NCBI GenBank assembly: GCA_030693415.1
Contig: JAUYAR010000094.1
Span: 10,061-74,060 of the forward strand
Direction: 5' to 3'
Length of the DNA: 64,000 bases
Origin: Candidatus Cloacimonadaceae bacterium
GTDB lineage: Bacteria > Cloacimonadota > Cloacimonadia > Cloacimonadales > Cloacimonadaceae
The notes under the pieces are model-generated. The model had not been told where the DNA came from, searched no databases, and saw nothing but the letters and a program-made list of their open reading frames with translations. The stretch's first letter is position 1, and every line of letters starts with the position of its first letter. Positions 31,911 to 41,851 of the stretch are shown here, piece after piece. A program made the position numbers and the translations under genes.

Positions 31911-33638
31911 TCAGAGTTTTGGTTTGCTGTATTCACGGCTTGTCAGGCGCTGCCGGAAATTGGGTGAAAAGATAGAATTGGGGTTTTGGGTCAAAAAGTC
32001 TCTTGCCAGGCGGATGCGTTCGTTTCCATCCTGCATCAGCAGCAGTTTCAGCAGAGCGGCATATTCAAGCGCGATCTCATCTTCCCAAGGATAATCCAAA
32101 ATCTCCAAAGCGCGGCTTTTATCCGAAAGCGCGATCGCCCACTCGACGGCAAGGATGCGCAATTCCTCATCATTGTTGGTCTCAAACAAAGCCAAAAGCA
32201 AATCGACCGATAGAGGATCGTGAAGCTGCATTTTCTTGTAGGCGGCAAAGAATGTATCCATCTGAGCCTCGGAAAAATCCAACATAAACATCATCAGATA
32301 GATGGAGTCGTTCACATACTTCCCGGCTGGATAGCGGATGATGTATTCGTTCATCAGGGAATCCGCGGCGTCGATCTGTTTTTGCATGAGGCGGGAAAGA
32401 TACGTGAGAAAGTCTCTCGTTTCGACCAATTGGGGCTCCGTGACGCTGTGCAGTTTGTCCATGGCGTTCATGTATTCACCATTGATAAGCAGCAGACGGG
32501 TGATCTCCAGCTCGATATCCTGAGATTCGGATTGGTTTCTGGCAAAGCCCTGTGCCTCTTGATACCAGCGCATGCCGGCAAGCAGATCCTTGTCCGCGGC
32601 AAGCACGTTTTGAGCCATCAGTTTACGGGCGTTAAAGTTTATCTGGCTGCGATTGCGGTATTGTCTTTCCACCAAAGTGGGATCGTCGATGATGCGCAGC
32701 AGCAGTGAGTCGCACCCCGCAAACCGGTTGTTCCGAAAGTCTATCTGCGCCATGCGATATAGGTATTCAGCCCGGCGGATCTTGTCCTGTGTGATTTCGA
32801 TCAAATGAGCGTAAGCCGGATAAGCGGTCTCATCGACAAGGGCAATGAACTGATCTTCCGCAAAGCGATGCAATTTATCCCAGGGCAGCTGTTTATAGAC
32901 ACTCAGGGCGAGTTTCTGTCTGCCCATGGAGAGTAGCGAATTGGCATAAAGTTCTTTCACGGCAGCGTTGCCGCTTGCATTTGCGTATTCTCCGATGACG
33001 TTGATCATAGTGGAATCCTGCGCCATGATGATCTTGCACTGATTGTTGATGTGATAGATATTTGTGGGATTGGCTTCCAGAAAGCGAAGATATTCAGTCA
33101 GCGCCATGCCGAAAAGCCGGAAATTGAGCGCTGTGTTGGCAATTTCGAGCATGAACAGCGTGTCGTTGCTATGCTGAATCCTTGCCTGACGATAGAGATC
33201 GAGCACCTGTTCATAGAAACCGCGGCGTTCGAAATAGGAAGCGATTATGCGATAGCGATGGATATCGTGCCTTTGTTTTTGCAGATGCGTCATGCTCAGG
33301 CTCCATGCTTGTGCTGGTAAGCCTTGCATCACAAAGAGCTGGATCGTTTGCTCCTCGGCGCTCAGCTCCGGCAGGACGTTTCGATAGCGGTTCAATGTGC
33401 TTTCCGCCTTATCCAGTTGCGAGGTCTGAAAATAGATTTGCAGAAGCTGGACGACGCTGTTGACGTCGTTGGGAAACTTTTCCAGAATCTGAATGAAGAT
33501 CGCCTCCGCTTCGGTAAATTGCCTGCGGGCGAGAAGTTGATAAGCCTGCTGGGCGAGGATGTCTTTTTCGTTATATTGAGCAAGCGTGATTGAGCAAGCA
33601 AGAAGCAGAAGGATGATCAACAGTAATTTGCGCATCAT
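31911..33638 (-). CDS. secreted TPR-repeat protein
   Basis: 575 aa with signal peptide MMRKLLLIILLLLACSITLA. All-helical with recurring A/Y/L TPR-like spacing. Its start is 1 nt from the upstream stop, which suggests co-transcription. Confidence 0.55.
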   Translation of the reverse strand: MMRKLLLIILLLLACSITLAQYNEKDILAQQAYQLLARRQFTEAEAIFIQILEKFPNDVNSVVQLLQIYFQTSQLDKAESTLNRYRNVLPELSAEEQTIQLFVMQGLPAQAWSLSMTHLQKQRHDIHRYRIIASYFERRGFYEQVLDLYRQARIQHSNDTLFMLEIANTALNFRLFGMALTEYLRFLEANPTNIYHINNQCKIIMAQDSTMINVIGEYANASGNAAVKELYANSLLSMGRQKLALSVYKQLPWDKLHRFAEDQFIALVDETAYPAYAHLIEITQDKIRRAEYLYRMAQIDFRNNRFAGCDSLLLRIIDDPTLVERQYRNRSQINFNARKLMAQNVLAADKDLLAGMRWYQEAQGFARNQSESQDIELEITRLLLINGEYMNAMDKLHSVTEPQLVETRDFLTYLSRLMQKQIDAADSLMNEYIIRYPAGKYVNDSIYLMMFMLDFSEAQMDTFFAAYKKMQLHDPLSVDLLLALFETNNDEELRILAVEWAIALSDKSRALEILDYPWEDEIALEYAALLKLLLMQDGNERIRLARDFLTQNPNSIFSPNFRQRLTSREYSKPKL

Positions 33639-33639
33639 C

Positions 33640-36600
33640 TTACTCCATCTTGTCGTTGAGATATGTAAAATAACGGATGATCACTTGTTGATAGGCGGGC
33701 GGGAAATTGCGATAAGCGTCATCCAGCATCGCGGCGCGGCGCAATGCGTTGATGTCCATCGTTTCCGGCTTTGTTCCCTGATATTGATCGATTGCCCTTT
33801 CGCCTTTTCGTCTTTGGCTGGTATCGCGTTTGTTGATCGAGCGTTGGGCATCCAACAGTCGTGAGACGATATTTTCCTGTCTTTGCATGATATCCCGTGA
33901 GAGTTGGTTGGAACGCAATTGACGGGCAACCGCTTCCGCCTCCTCGATGATCTGTTTGATGGCGTTTCCTTGTTTCTGAGCCTCAGGATCGTTTTGCAGA
34001 GCGCGCTTGAGGTTGTCCGCCAGGCGCTGCTGATCGTTTGCCAGTTTCTGGATCTGTTGTTGCATCGCGGGGTCCATGCCTCCGCCCTGTTGTTGCATTT
34101 GCATCATCAATTGCTCGGTGAGCATGCTCATTGCCATCTGTTCCTGACTCATCGAATCGAGCATTTGCATCAGCGATTGCATGCCGCCTCCGCCACCGCT
34201 GCCGGAAGAAGGACTTTTCATCGATTGCATCAGGTCATAGACCATCAGGTTGATGCCTTTCTGGATCGATGTAAGATATTCGGGGATGCGCATATACTGC
34301 ATTTCTCCCACTCCGGTAAAGAGTTCGCGGTAGGCACGGTTGGTATCGGTGAGATCGATGTAAAACTTTGGGGGAATGAACATCGTCACCTGAGGTATGG
34401 CAAATAATTTATTCAATGAGAGTTGGATACCGTCATAATGAGCGATCAGATCCGGCATGATCTGATATGGATCGTTGCCATAACGAGCCGCCAGTTCCTC
34501 ATGCTTTTTGGAGAAGATAAGCAGTTCGCGGATGGCGTTTTGCAGCGCCTGAACGACTTCCTGCTGGCTGCCACCGCCCATGGAACTCTTCATCTGATCA
34601 AGTTTAGTGGTAAATTGGCGCATTTTTTTCATCGCTTCCTGTTGGGCACTCATGGCGGAGGAGCGATTGTTTTCGCCAAGTTTGGCTTTGCTTTGCTGCA
34701 TGTTTTTCTTAGCTTCGCCTTGCTGCATATCCTTCACCAGTTCGGAGAGCATCTGTTTGGTTTCCTTGTCTTTAACGGGATCGAGCATGGCATCGATCTT
34801 TTTCAGCTCTTCCATCAGGTTCTGATACTTGTCCATGATGCTTTGTTGATCGGCAGCGAGCTTATCTTTATCCTGTTTGAGGTCGCCGGAGCGGTCGTGA
34901 AGAGCTTCCTGCATTTTCTCCATTTCTTTGGAAATTTGGAGGGCTTTGTCCACCGCCTGTTCTTTTTTGATGCTTTCGAGAAGCTGCAGGGTCTGTTCAA
35001 TGCGCTTGGCAAAATCTTCCACGGAAAACTTGAAATTATCCATTGCTTTGCGTAGGTTCTCGGGATCGATCTTTTGCAGGGCGTCGCCAAATTTCTTCAT
35101 GGCTTTTTCCAGCTCTTCGTTTGAGATTTCCTGCATCAGTTCCTGGATCTTCATCATCTTTTCCATTGTCTCGGGTGAGATCGCTTGATTGACCTGCATC
35201 TTATCAATAAGTTGTTGAAAATCCTGCGCGATTTCTTCCACTTGGCGGGATAGATTTTCCTGGTTTTGAAGGATATTTTCGAGCTGCTTTTTGTCTTCCC
35301 AGTTGAGTTTATCCTGTTTGAGCAGTTCGCGGCGTTTTTGTTCAAAATCTTTCTGCAGGTCTTTGGTCTGTTCAAGCGCGGATTGCAGTTCGCCGGTTTT
35401 TTTGCTTTCCTGGCGTTCGATCTCCCGATAGATCTCCTCGATAGTGGGATAGCGGGCGATATATTTGGCGCTGACAGCTTTTTGCTGATCCGGAGAATTG
35501 TCATAGACCTCAGCCCAATAGAGAACTCTATCCCCCGGCAGCAGCCCAAGTTCTTTCATATCAAAAAGATAATCCCGATTGAAGAGCCGGTTGGGGATCA
35601 CGGTTTGGATGGCGATCGTTTGCATCGCATGATCGTTCACCTGATACTTCAATTCCAGATTGCGCAAGCCAAAATCGTCGTCGGCAGAAATGATCAGAGG
35701 CAGGACGAGCGTTTGATTCAACGCCACATCCTCACCGGGATAGAGAATCTTCACCTGCGGCGGAGCGTCTTGGATGATAGTGATATACTTCTCGTCGGGC
35801 TGGGACTTTCTGCCCAGTTTGTCTGTCAGTTCCAGATACCAGCTCTTGGGTTCGAGCACCTGGAGCTGTGTGGAAAAGCTATGCGCGTCAATAGCTTGCA
35901 TGATGATGTCCCTGCCATCGGAAAAGCGCATGACCGCTTTTTCCACCGGGATATTGGTTCTGATCGAAAGAATCGCCTGGGTATATTTGTAAGCTTCAAT
36001 ATTTCCGTAGTTCAGGCTGTCATGGGAAGCAGGTAAACGCGTGTGCGGCGGATATTTATAATGCACTTCCCAGGATCGCACATAGGGTTCGTCCAGACAG
36101 GTGATCTTGAAGATCGCGGATTTGGCGATCTCGTTTTCCACGTAGTATTCAAAGGAATGCTCCACGGAGCTGAAATAATAGCTGAAATCCGTCATCCCCA
36201 ATTCCCGCCATTGAGTGTCCCAACGGTAGAAAAGACGATGTGGAAGGCGGCGTTCGGGATTGAGGATCTTGATCGTAAGCGCCTGATTCTTGCCGATGGT
36301 GTGGTTTCCGGGGCTGATCTCGATGCTTGCTTTATAGGCAACGCTTTGTGCCTTATTGGTGTAAAACTGATTCAATGAAAGACGAAAGTCATCCCAAGAA
36401 AGCCCCCACACGCTCATCAACCCCGCCAGAGAAAAGAGCAGAACGAACAGCAAGGAAGTTTTTAGCACCGGCGGCAGCCGATATTTTAAGCTTTCAAATC
36501 TCGCATTCGCCTGCATCGCCAGAGCGTCCAATACAGCTTCGGATTCGCTTTGCTGTTTCAACTCCAGTAGATTCTGGTAGAGATCGTCGCTGAAGTTGTG

Positions 36601-36891
36601 ATGGCGATCCAGCCAGCGTGCGGCGGTAACCGGAGCGTATCGCGAGCGCAAGGCATCAAGAACGATGTATAGAATAATGAGTGCCAAAGACACTCTCAGC
36701 GCGATGTTGAAATAGATCAAAGCCTGGGACGCGGCGGGCAAATTCAGCCATAAAAGAAAATACAGATGCACCGCGAGCGCGAAGCATACGCCGGCTTGGA
36801 TCGCAGTCCGGGTGGCGATTCTGAGGTTCAAACCCCGCATGTATGTGTTGATCTTTTTGATAATATCGCTCATAATTCCGTCATCTCTCAT
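33640..36891 (-). CDS. large membrane-anchored coiled-coil protein (DUF4175-like from memory, unverified)
   Basis: 1083 aa. N-terminal TM helices, a beta-rich middle, then ~500 aa of K/E/Q-rich heptad-like sequence and a Met/Gln/Gly-rich patch. M7 (36873) is an alternative start. Confidence 0.5.
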   Translation of the reverse strand: MRDDGIMSDIIKKINTYMRGLNLRIATRTAIQAGVCFALAVHLYFLLWLNLPAASQALIYFNIALRVSLALIILYIVLDALRSRYAPVTAARWLDRHHNFSDDLYQNLLELKQQSESEAVLDALAMQANARFESLKYRLPPVLKTSLLFVLLFSLAGLMSVWGLSWDDFRLSLNQFYTNKAQSVAYKASIEISPGNHTIGKNQALTIKILNPERRLPHRLFYRWDTQWRELGMTDFSYYFSSVEHSFEYYVENEIAKSAIFKITCLDEPYVRSWEVHYKYPPHTRLPASHDSLNYGNIEAYKYTQAILSIRTNIPVEKAVMRFSDGRDIIMQAIDAHSFSTQLQVLEPKSWYLELTDKLGRKSQPDEKYITIIQDAPPQVKILYPGEDVALNQTLVLPLIISADDDFGLRNLELKYQVNDHAMQTIAIQTVIPNRLFNRDYLFDMKELGLLPGDRVLYWAEVYDNSPDQQKAVSAKYIARYPTIEEIYREIERQESKKTGELQSALEQTKDLQKDFEQKRRELLKQDKLNWEDKKQLENILQNQENLSRQVEEIAQDFQQLIDKMQVNQAISPETMEKMMKIQELMQEISNEELEKAMKKFGDALQKIDPENLRKAMDNFKFSVEDFAKRIEQTLQLLESIKKEQAVDKALQISKEMEKMQEALHDRSGDLKQDKDKLAADQQSIMDKYQNLMEELKKIDAMLDPVKDKETKQMLSELVKDMQQGEAKKNMQQSKAKLGENNRSSAMSAQQEAMKKMRQFTTKLDQMKSSMGGGSQQEVVQALQNAIRELLIFSKKHEELAARYGNDPYQIMPDLIAHYDGIQLSLNKLFAIPQVTMFIPPKFYIDLTDTNRAYRELFTGVGEMQYMRIPEYLTSIQKGINLMVYDLMQSMKSPSSGSGGGGGMQSLMQMLDSMSQEQMAMSMLTEQLMMQMQQQGGGMDPAMQQQIQKLANDQQRLADNLKRALQNDPEAQKQGNAIKQIIEEAEAVARQLRSNQLSRDIMQRQENIVSRLLDAQRSINKRDTSQRRKGERAIDQYQGTKPETMDINALRRAAMLDDAYRNFPPAYQQVIIRYFTYLNDKME

Positions 36892-37110
36892 TTATTGAGA
36901 CAACGTTCCTGAGCCTCGGTCTTTGTGTCAATGCCTATTTGTGCCGGTAGCATTTGATCAAGATAAAAATGCGCTACCCAATGCCAATTTTCTGCCTGCC
37001 GGAAATCATTTGCCGGTATAAAGCCATATAGGGCTTATGGATCCAGAATGCCATCCTCAAGACCGGCGAACGCAATTGGGAGCGGTCTGTCGGGGATCGT
37101 GGCGGCGGTT

Positions 37111-39045
37111 TTATTTGTGCGGGTGGATGAAATCGATGACGAGGATGGTGATATCGTCGCCAAATTGATCCGGATCGGAGAATTTGAGCACGCCATTGAG
37201 GATAGCGTTGGCGGTCGTCTCCGGTTGGGGATTTTGCAGCTTGCTCAAAATCTCTTCCAGGCGCTCGGTGCCGAAAAGAATCTCCTTGGAACTCATCGCC
37301 TCGGTGATTCCGTCCGTGAACATAATGAGCTCGTCTCCGGGATCGAGCTGCACGCAAGCGGAACCGATCTGGATGTGGTCAAACACGCCGATGGCAGTGG
37401 AATGGGTCTCTCCATATTTGATCACCCGGCGGTCTTTTTTTCTTAAATAGAGCGGAACATGCCCGGCGTTGGAAAAACAGAGCTGCCCGGTTCGCAGGTC
37501 GATGATGCCCAGAATGATGGTGACAAAGTTCGTTTCCTGCTCGTTTTTGCACAGGAAGGTGTTCAACACGGCGAGCATATCATAGGGAGTCTCGTAATTT
37601 GGCGCGATCGAACGCAACAGGGTAGTGACCATCGTCATCGTCATCGCTGCTCCGATCCCTTTGCCAAGCACGTCGGCGATGTCAAAGCAAAAGTGATTTT
37701 CATCAATCATGAAATAATCATAAAGGTCGCCACCGATCTCCCCAGCCGGTTCCAGAATGCCAAACGCGCTTATCTCTCCTCTGGGAGTGGCAAATTCAAC
37801 GTTTGAAGGAATCAGATTTTTCTGGATAGTGGAGGCGAAGACGACTTCGGAGAAAATCTTGTTTTTTACCTCGGTGACCCGATGCAAGTTGGCAATATAA
37901 TCTTTCAGCGAGCGCTGCATAGTCCCGAAAGAATCCATGAGCGTCTGAATCTCATAGACTTTGCTCGTGGAGGGCAATTCTGCGTCAAAATCTCCGGATC
38001 CGATCTGATTAGCCGCTTTCGCCAAAAGCTGCAGAGGTCTGTGGATCTGGATGGTCTTAAAGAAAATGATCCATCCCGTAGCTATGAAAACGACGGCAGA
38101 GGTGAGGATGTATAGCAAAAACAAGCTGTTCAAATCGGCAAAAATCTCTTTGTGGTTGATGACGATTGCCATCGACCAATGGTTTGAAATGAGGGGTGTA
38201 TGATAGATCCACTCATCGCGAAAAAAAGAATTGCCGGTGCTTTGGCGAAACCCGGTTTTGCCGCTGATCATATCCTGTCCGATGCGCCTCAGAGCGATAT
38301 CTTCATATAGCTCAGCCAAATCAAAAATGCTGTAGTTCATCATCAGCGAATCGGCGGGGTGGGTGATGATCGTTCCATGGTTGGAGATCAAAAATGCAAA
38401 GCCGGTTTTCTTTACCTGCAGGGGCTTGATGATGTTTTCCAAGTAGTCCAACGAGATGTCCATACGCACCACACCAACTGTCTTTCCATCGCGTCGAATG
38501 GGAACTGAATACGAAGTAATCAGTTGCCGGATTCCAAATTCATCGAACCAGGGTTCTGACCAATGATCGGACTGGGTGAGCTGCGGGATCTGAAACCAGT
38601 CTTTATATAAAAAGTCTCCACGGGCAAGATACTGGATATTCTTGACATTCTGCCCCAGGGAATATATGCGGTTGCGGTGAATGGTATCCACCGTGGGATC
38701 ATAGGAAATGCAGACGGAGGTCAGATCGGGATTGAAACGCAGCATCTGAAAGACATATTCGTCCAGTTTCTCTTTCGTGATCAAGTCCTGTTCCTTGATG
38801 TAGCGCAGGCTCATCCCCATGGTCATGATCTTATCCAGCTTGTTGTCGATCATGAGCTTAGTTTCATTGGCAATGGAGGTGGTGGAATCCAACACGTTGC
38901 GCAACATAATCCGCGACACGAAATAACGGTTGATCATAATCGATAAGGTAAAGATGATCGCCATGGAAATGAATACAAAAGAGATGATGCTGTAGGCAAA
39001 AGCCTTAGTCGGTTTATTCTGCTGCATGGGGGTAAAAGCGCTCAT
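37111..39045 (-). CDS. sensor protein phosphatase: Cache-like extracytoplasmic domain, HAMP, PP2C/SpoIIE domain
   Basis: ORF 37111..39051 (opens at TTG; ATG M3 at 39045). Two TM segments flank a ~280-aa sensor region. HAMP (RPLQLLAKAANQIGSGDFDAELP). The SpoIIE-type region carries GGDLYDY and MFTDGITEA. Confidence 0.75.
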   Translation of the reverse strand: MSAFTPMQQNKPTKAFAYSIISFVFISMAIIFTLSIMINRYFVSRIMLRNVLDSTTSIANETKLMIDNKLDKIMTMGMSLRYIKEQDLITKEKLDEYVFQMLRFNPDLTSVCISYDPTVDTIHRNRIYSLGQNVKNIQYLARGDFLYKDWFQIPQLTQSDHWSEPWFDEFGIRQLITSYSVPIRRDGKTVGVVRMDISLDYLENIIKPLQVKKTGFAFLISNHGTIITHPADSLMMNYSIFDLAELYEDIALRRIGQDMISGKTGFRQSTGNSFFRDEWIYHTPLISNHWSMAIVINHKEIFADLNSLFLLYILTSAVVFIATGWIIFFKTIQIHRPLQLLAKAANQIGSGDFDAELPSTSKVYEIQTLMDSFGTMQRSLKDYIANLHRVTEVKNKIFSEVVFASTIQKNLIPSNVEFATPRGEISAFGILEPAGEIGGDLYDYFMIDENHFCFDIADVLGKGIGAAMTMTMVTTLLRSIAPNYETPYDMLAVLNTFLCKNEQETNFVTIILGIIDLRTGQLCFSNAGHVPLYLRKKDRRVIKYGETHSTAIGVFDHIQIGSACVQLDPGDELIMFTDGITEAMSSKEILFGTERLEEILSKLQNPQPETTANAILNGVLKFSDPDQFGDDITILVIDFIHPHK

Positions 39046-40066
39046 AATCAAGTTTTCGAGGGATGACCTTGTTTTTCAACAGCAGGCCTTGGGCAAATTC
39101 GAAGTCCCTTTTTTCCAGCACTCCGATGCTGGTTGGTTTTGCCAGAATCAAATCAGCCCAAGTCTTCAGCATCCATGCCTGGTGGGGAATGTTTGCCGGG
39201 ATAAAATTGCGGCGCATGATGTCCAGCACCACATCCAAGGTCTCATCCTGATGATTGATCGCATACAACCATCCATCCATGGTAGCTTCCGCGAAGTTTT
39301 TGCAGATTACCGGGTTCTTTTCATAGAACTCTCTGGTTGTGTAGATTCCATCTTCGATAAAATTGTAGCCGATGTCGCTGAAACGAATCTCAAAAAGCTG
39401 CTCTTTGTCGATTCCCGACATGAGTACCTGATGATATTCATTATAGACCATCAGGTTCATCATGTCAACTGCATCATTCAAAAGCAGGCTTATCGTCCAA
39501 TCGATGGGAATCACTTTCACGTGAAGGTTCTTTTCTTGGAAAAATACCAGCGGCAAATCCTGAAAATCGGAACGCCACAGACCTACTTTCTTTCCATTCA
39601 AATCATTGATAGATTGCAGCCGGGGGCTTTTTTTGCCAACTAACATGAGCGCCGATTTCTGCGATACTTGGGCAAGATTCACCAGCTCGTGATCCTGAGC
39701 CGTCTTGGCGATTGCGGTTGCCAGTCCGAGAGTGACGATGTCCGTGCTCCCGTTCAAGAGAGATTCGTAGGCTGGGTAGTCTGGACCTCCGCTTTGAATT
39801 TCCACGTCGAGACCGTAGTTGCGATAAAAACCCTTTTTCAGAGCCATGTAAACTCCGGCAAATTGAGCTTGATGCAGCCATTGGGGTCGAAAGCGGATCT
39901 TGAAAAGATCGGTGCTGTCGGCAGATGCCAGTGCTGATGCTTCTTGCTCAGCCTGCGGGAGGTTGTCGCTTTTGCTGCAGGATATGGTAAACAGGATAAT
40001 CCTGAGCAAAACAATCGATATGATGATCACCTTCGCTGCAAAGAGCGTTCGCTTCGATTTAAGCAT
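39014..40066 (-). CDS. NMT1-like periplasmic substrate-binding-fold lipoprotein
   Basis: 350 aa with lipobox LFTISCSKS. FRPQWLHQAQFAGVYMALKKGFYRNYGLDVEI resembles NMT1/SsuA-like binding proteins. Its 3' end overlaps the phosphatase start. Confidence 0.65.
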   Translation of the reverse strand: MLKSKRTLFAAKVIIISIVLLRIILFTISCSKSDNLPQAEQEASALASADSTDLFKIRFRPQWLHQAQFAGVYMALKKGFYRNYGLDVEIQSGGPDYPAYESLLNGSTDIVTLGLATAIAKTAQDHELVNLAQVSQKSALMLVGKKSPRLQSINDLNGKKVGLWRSDFQDLPLVFFQEKNLHVKVIPIDWTISLLLNDAVDMMNLMVYNEYHQVLMSGIDKEQLFEIRFSDIGYNFIEDGIYTTREFYEKNPVICKNFAEATMDGWLYAINHQDETLDVVLDIMRRNFIPANIPHQAWMLKTWADLILAKPTSIGVLEKRDFEFAQGLLLKNKVIPRKLDYERFYPHAAE

Positions 40067-40240
40067 CTAATCTCTCGATCGATAGAGCGTTACACATGAT
40101 CCAACCTTCTTTTGAACATTAATCAACACGAGTTTGAGTCTTTAAAAGAGAGGTCAATGAATTAGGCAAGGATTATCATCAATATAGCAACGTAGTCAAA
40201 CAAATAACTGTGGATAATAATCAACAACTTGGGTTATGTG

Positions 40241-41842
40241 TTATCTTTGCTTGAACTTACAAGCTGCACCGATAAACTCGCGAAAGATAGGATGAGGGTT
40301 TTGGGGGCGGGATTTGAATTCAGGGTGGAATTGGACGCCGATGTGGAAGTCGTTTTTGGGGATTTCGATGATCTCCACCAAGAGTTCGTCCAACGAGAAA
40401 CCGGTGAGCGCCATGCCTTTTTCGGTGAGGGTTTCACGGTACTGATTATTGAACTCATAGCGGTGCCGGTGCCGTTCGCTGATCACCTTTATCCCATAAG
40501 ATTTTTCCGCTTGAGAGCCAGGAATCAGTTGACATGGATAGGCGCCAAGACGCATGGAGCCGCCCACCATTTCAATATAGCGTTGTTCTTCCATGAGATT
40601 GATCACGGGGTATTGGTTGAATTCGTCAAACTCCGTGCTGTTGGCATCCTTCAAATCGCAGACGTTGCGGGCAAACTCAATCACCGCCACCTGCATCCCG
40701 AGACAGATGCCGAAAAATGGGATATTGTGGATTCTGGCATATTCGGCGATGCTGATCTTGCCTTCGATGCCGCGAATTCCAAATCCCCCGGGAATGAGAA
40801 TGCCGTCCGCGCCGGAAAGTTCTTTTTCCAGGTCGCCGGGCTTGAAACTTCGTTCCGAATCCACCCATTTGATCTGAAGTTTCTTTCTGTGAAAGGCAGC
40901 AGCGTGGTGCAGCGCTTCTTCGACGCTTTTATAGGCATCCTGATGACGCACGTATTTCCCACAAAGCGCGACGGTGACTTTGTCCGTTGGTTGGGTGCTA
41001 TCCTCCAGAAACTTTTCCCAGGCGCTCAGATCCATAGGTCTTGTTTCCAAGTTGAATTGATCGCAAATGATTTGGGGTAATCCGGCTTTCTGGAAAGTAA
41101 ATGGTACTTCATAGACGCATTTTACATCGATAGCATTGATCACATGATCTCTGGGGACGTTTGTGAAGAGGGCGATCTTGCTGTAGATGTCATTGTCAAA
41201 TTGTTTTTCCGAACGGCAGAGCAGGACGTCCGGCTGGATACCGATCTCCCTCAGTTTGTATGCGCTGTGCTGTGAAGGCTTGGTTTTCAGCTCGCCTGCG
41301 GACTTGATGTAGGGAACGTATGTGAGCAGGATATACAGCGAGTTTTGACTTCCGAGCTCGAGGCGCATTTGACGGATCGCTTCCAAAAAGGGAAGGCTTT
41401 CGATATCGCCAACCGTGCCTCCGATCTCGGTGATAATGATATCATAGAAGGCGTTTAGCTTTGTGATGCGGCTCTTGATCTCGTCCGTGACGTGTGGGAT
41501 CACCTGAACTGTCTTGCCCAGATAGACTCCCTTGCGTTCGTTTTGAATCACGGTTTCATAGATCTGTCCGGCGGAGCAACTTGACGCGCGGGTGAGCGCC
41601 TCATCGACGAATCTTTCATAGTGCCCCAAATCCAAATCGGTCTCAGCGCCATCGTCCGTGACAAACACTTCGCCGTGTTGGAAAGGGCTCATCGTGCCGG
41701 GATCGACGTTCAGGTAGGGATCGAATTTCTGCGTTGCCACTTTGTAGCCCATGGATTTGAGCAGAAATCCGATGGACGCCGTTGCGATCCCTTTTCCCAA
41801 GGAAGAAAGCACTCCTCCCATCACAAAGATATATTTCGCCAC
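40241..41842 (-). CDS. pyrG: CTP synthase
   Basis: 533 aa. N-terminal synthetase domain (GGVLSSLGKG, GGTVGDIES) and a glutaminase domain with GICLGMQ and HRHRYE. Confidence 0.93.
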   Translation of the reverse strand: MAKYIFVMGGVLSSLGKGIATASIGFLLKSMGYKVATQKFDPYLNVDPGTMSPFQHGEVFVTDDGAETDLDLGHYERFVDEALTRASSCSAGQIYETVIQNERKGVYLGKTVQVIPHVTDEIKSRITKLNAFYDIIITEIGGTVGDIESLPFLEAIRQMRLELGSQNSLYILLTYVPYIKSAGELKTKPSQHSAYKLREIGIQPDVLLCRSEKQFDNDIYSKIALFTNVPRDHVINAIDVKCVYEVPFTFQKAGLPQIICDQFNLETRPMDLSAWEKFLEDSTQPTDKVTVALCGKYVRHQDAYKSVEEALHHAAAFHRKKLQIKWVDSERSFKPGDLEKELSGADGILIPGGFGIRGIEGKISIAEYARIHNIPFFGICLGMQVAVIEFARNVCDLKDANSTEFDEFNQYPVINLMEEQRYIEMVGGSMRLGAYPCQLIPGSQAEKSYGIKVISERHRHRYEFNNQYRETLTEKGMALTGFSLDELLVEIIEIPKNDFHIGVQFHPEFKSRPQNPHPIFREFIGAACKFKQR

Positions 41843-41851
41843 TTTGTTTCC

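Noticed and set aside
33904-36378. A series of 110-256-aa plus-strand ORFs inside the 1083-aa coiled-coil gene.
   Set aside because: They arise from the biased K/E/Q codon composition of the sense gene (GAA/AAG/CAG read in reverse give Phe/Leu-rich open frames). They are fragmented and have no starts with an RBS.
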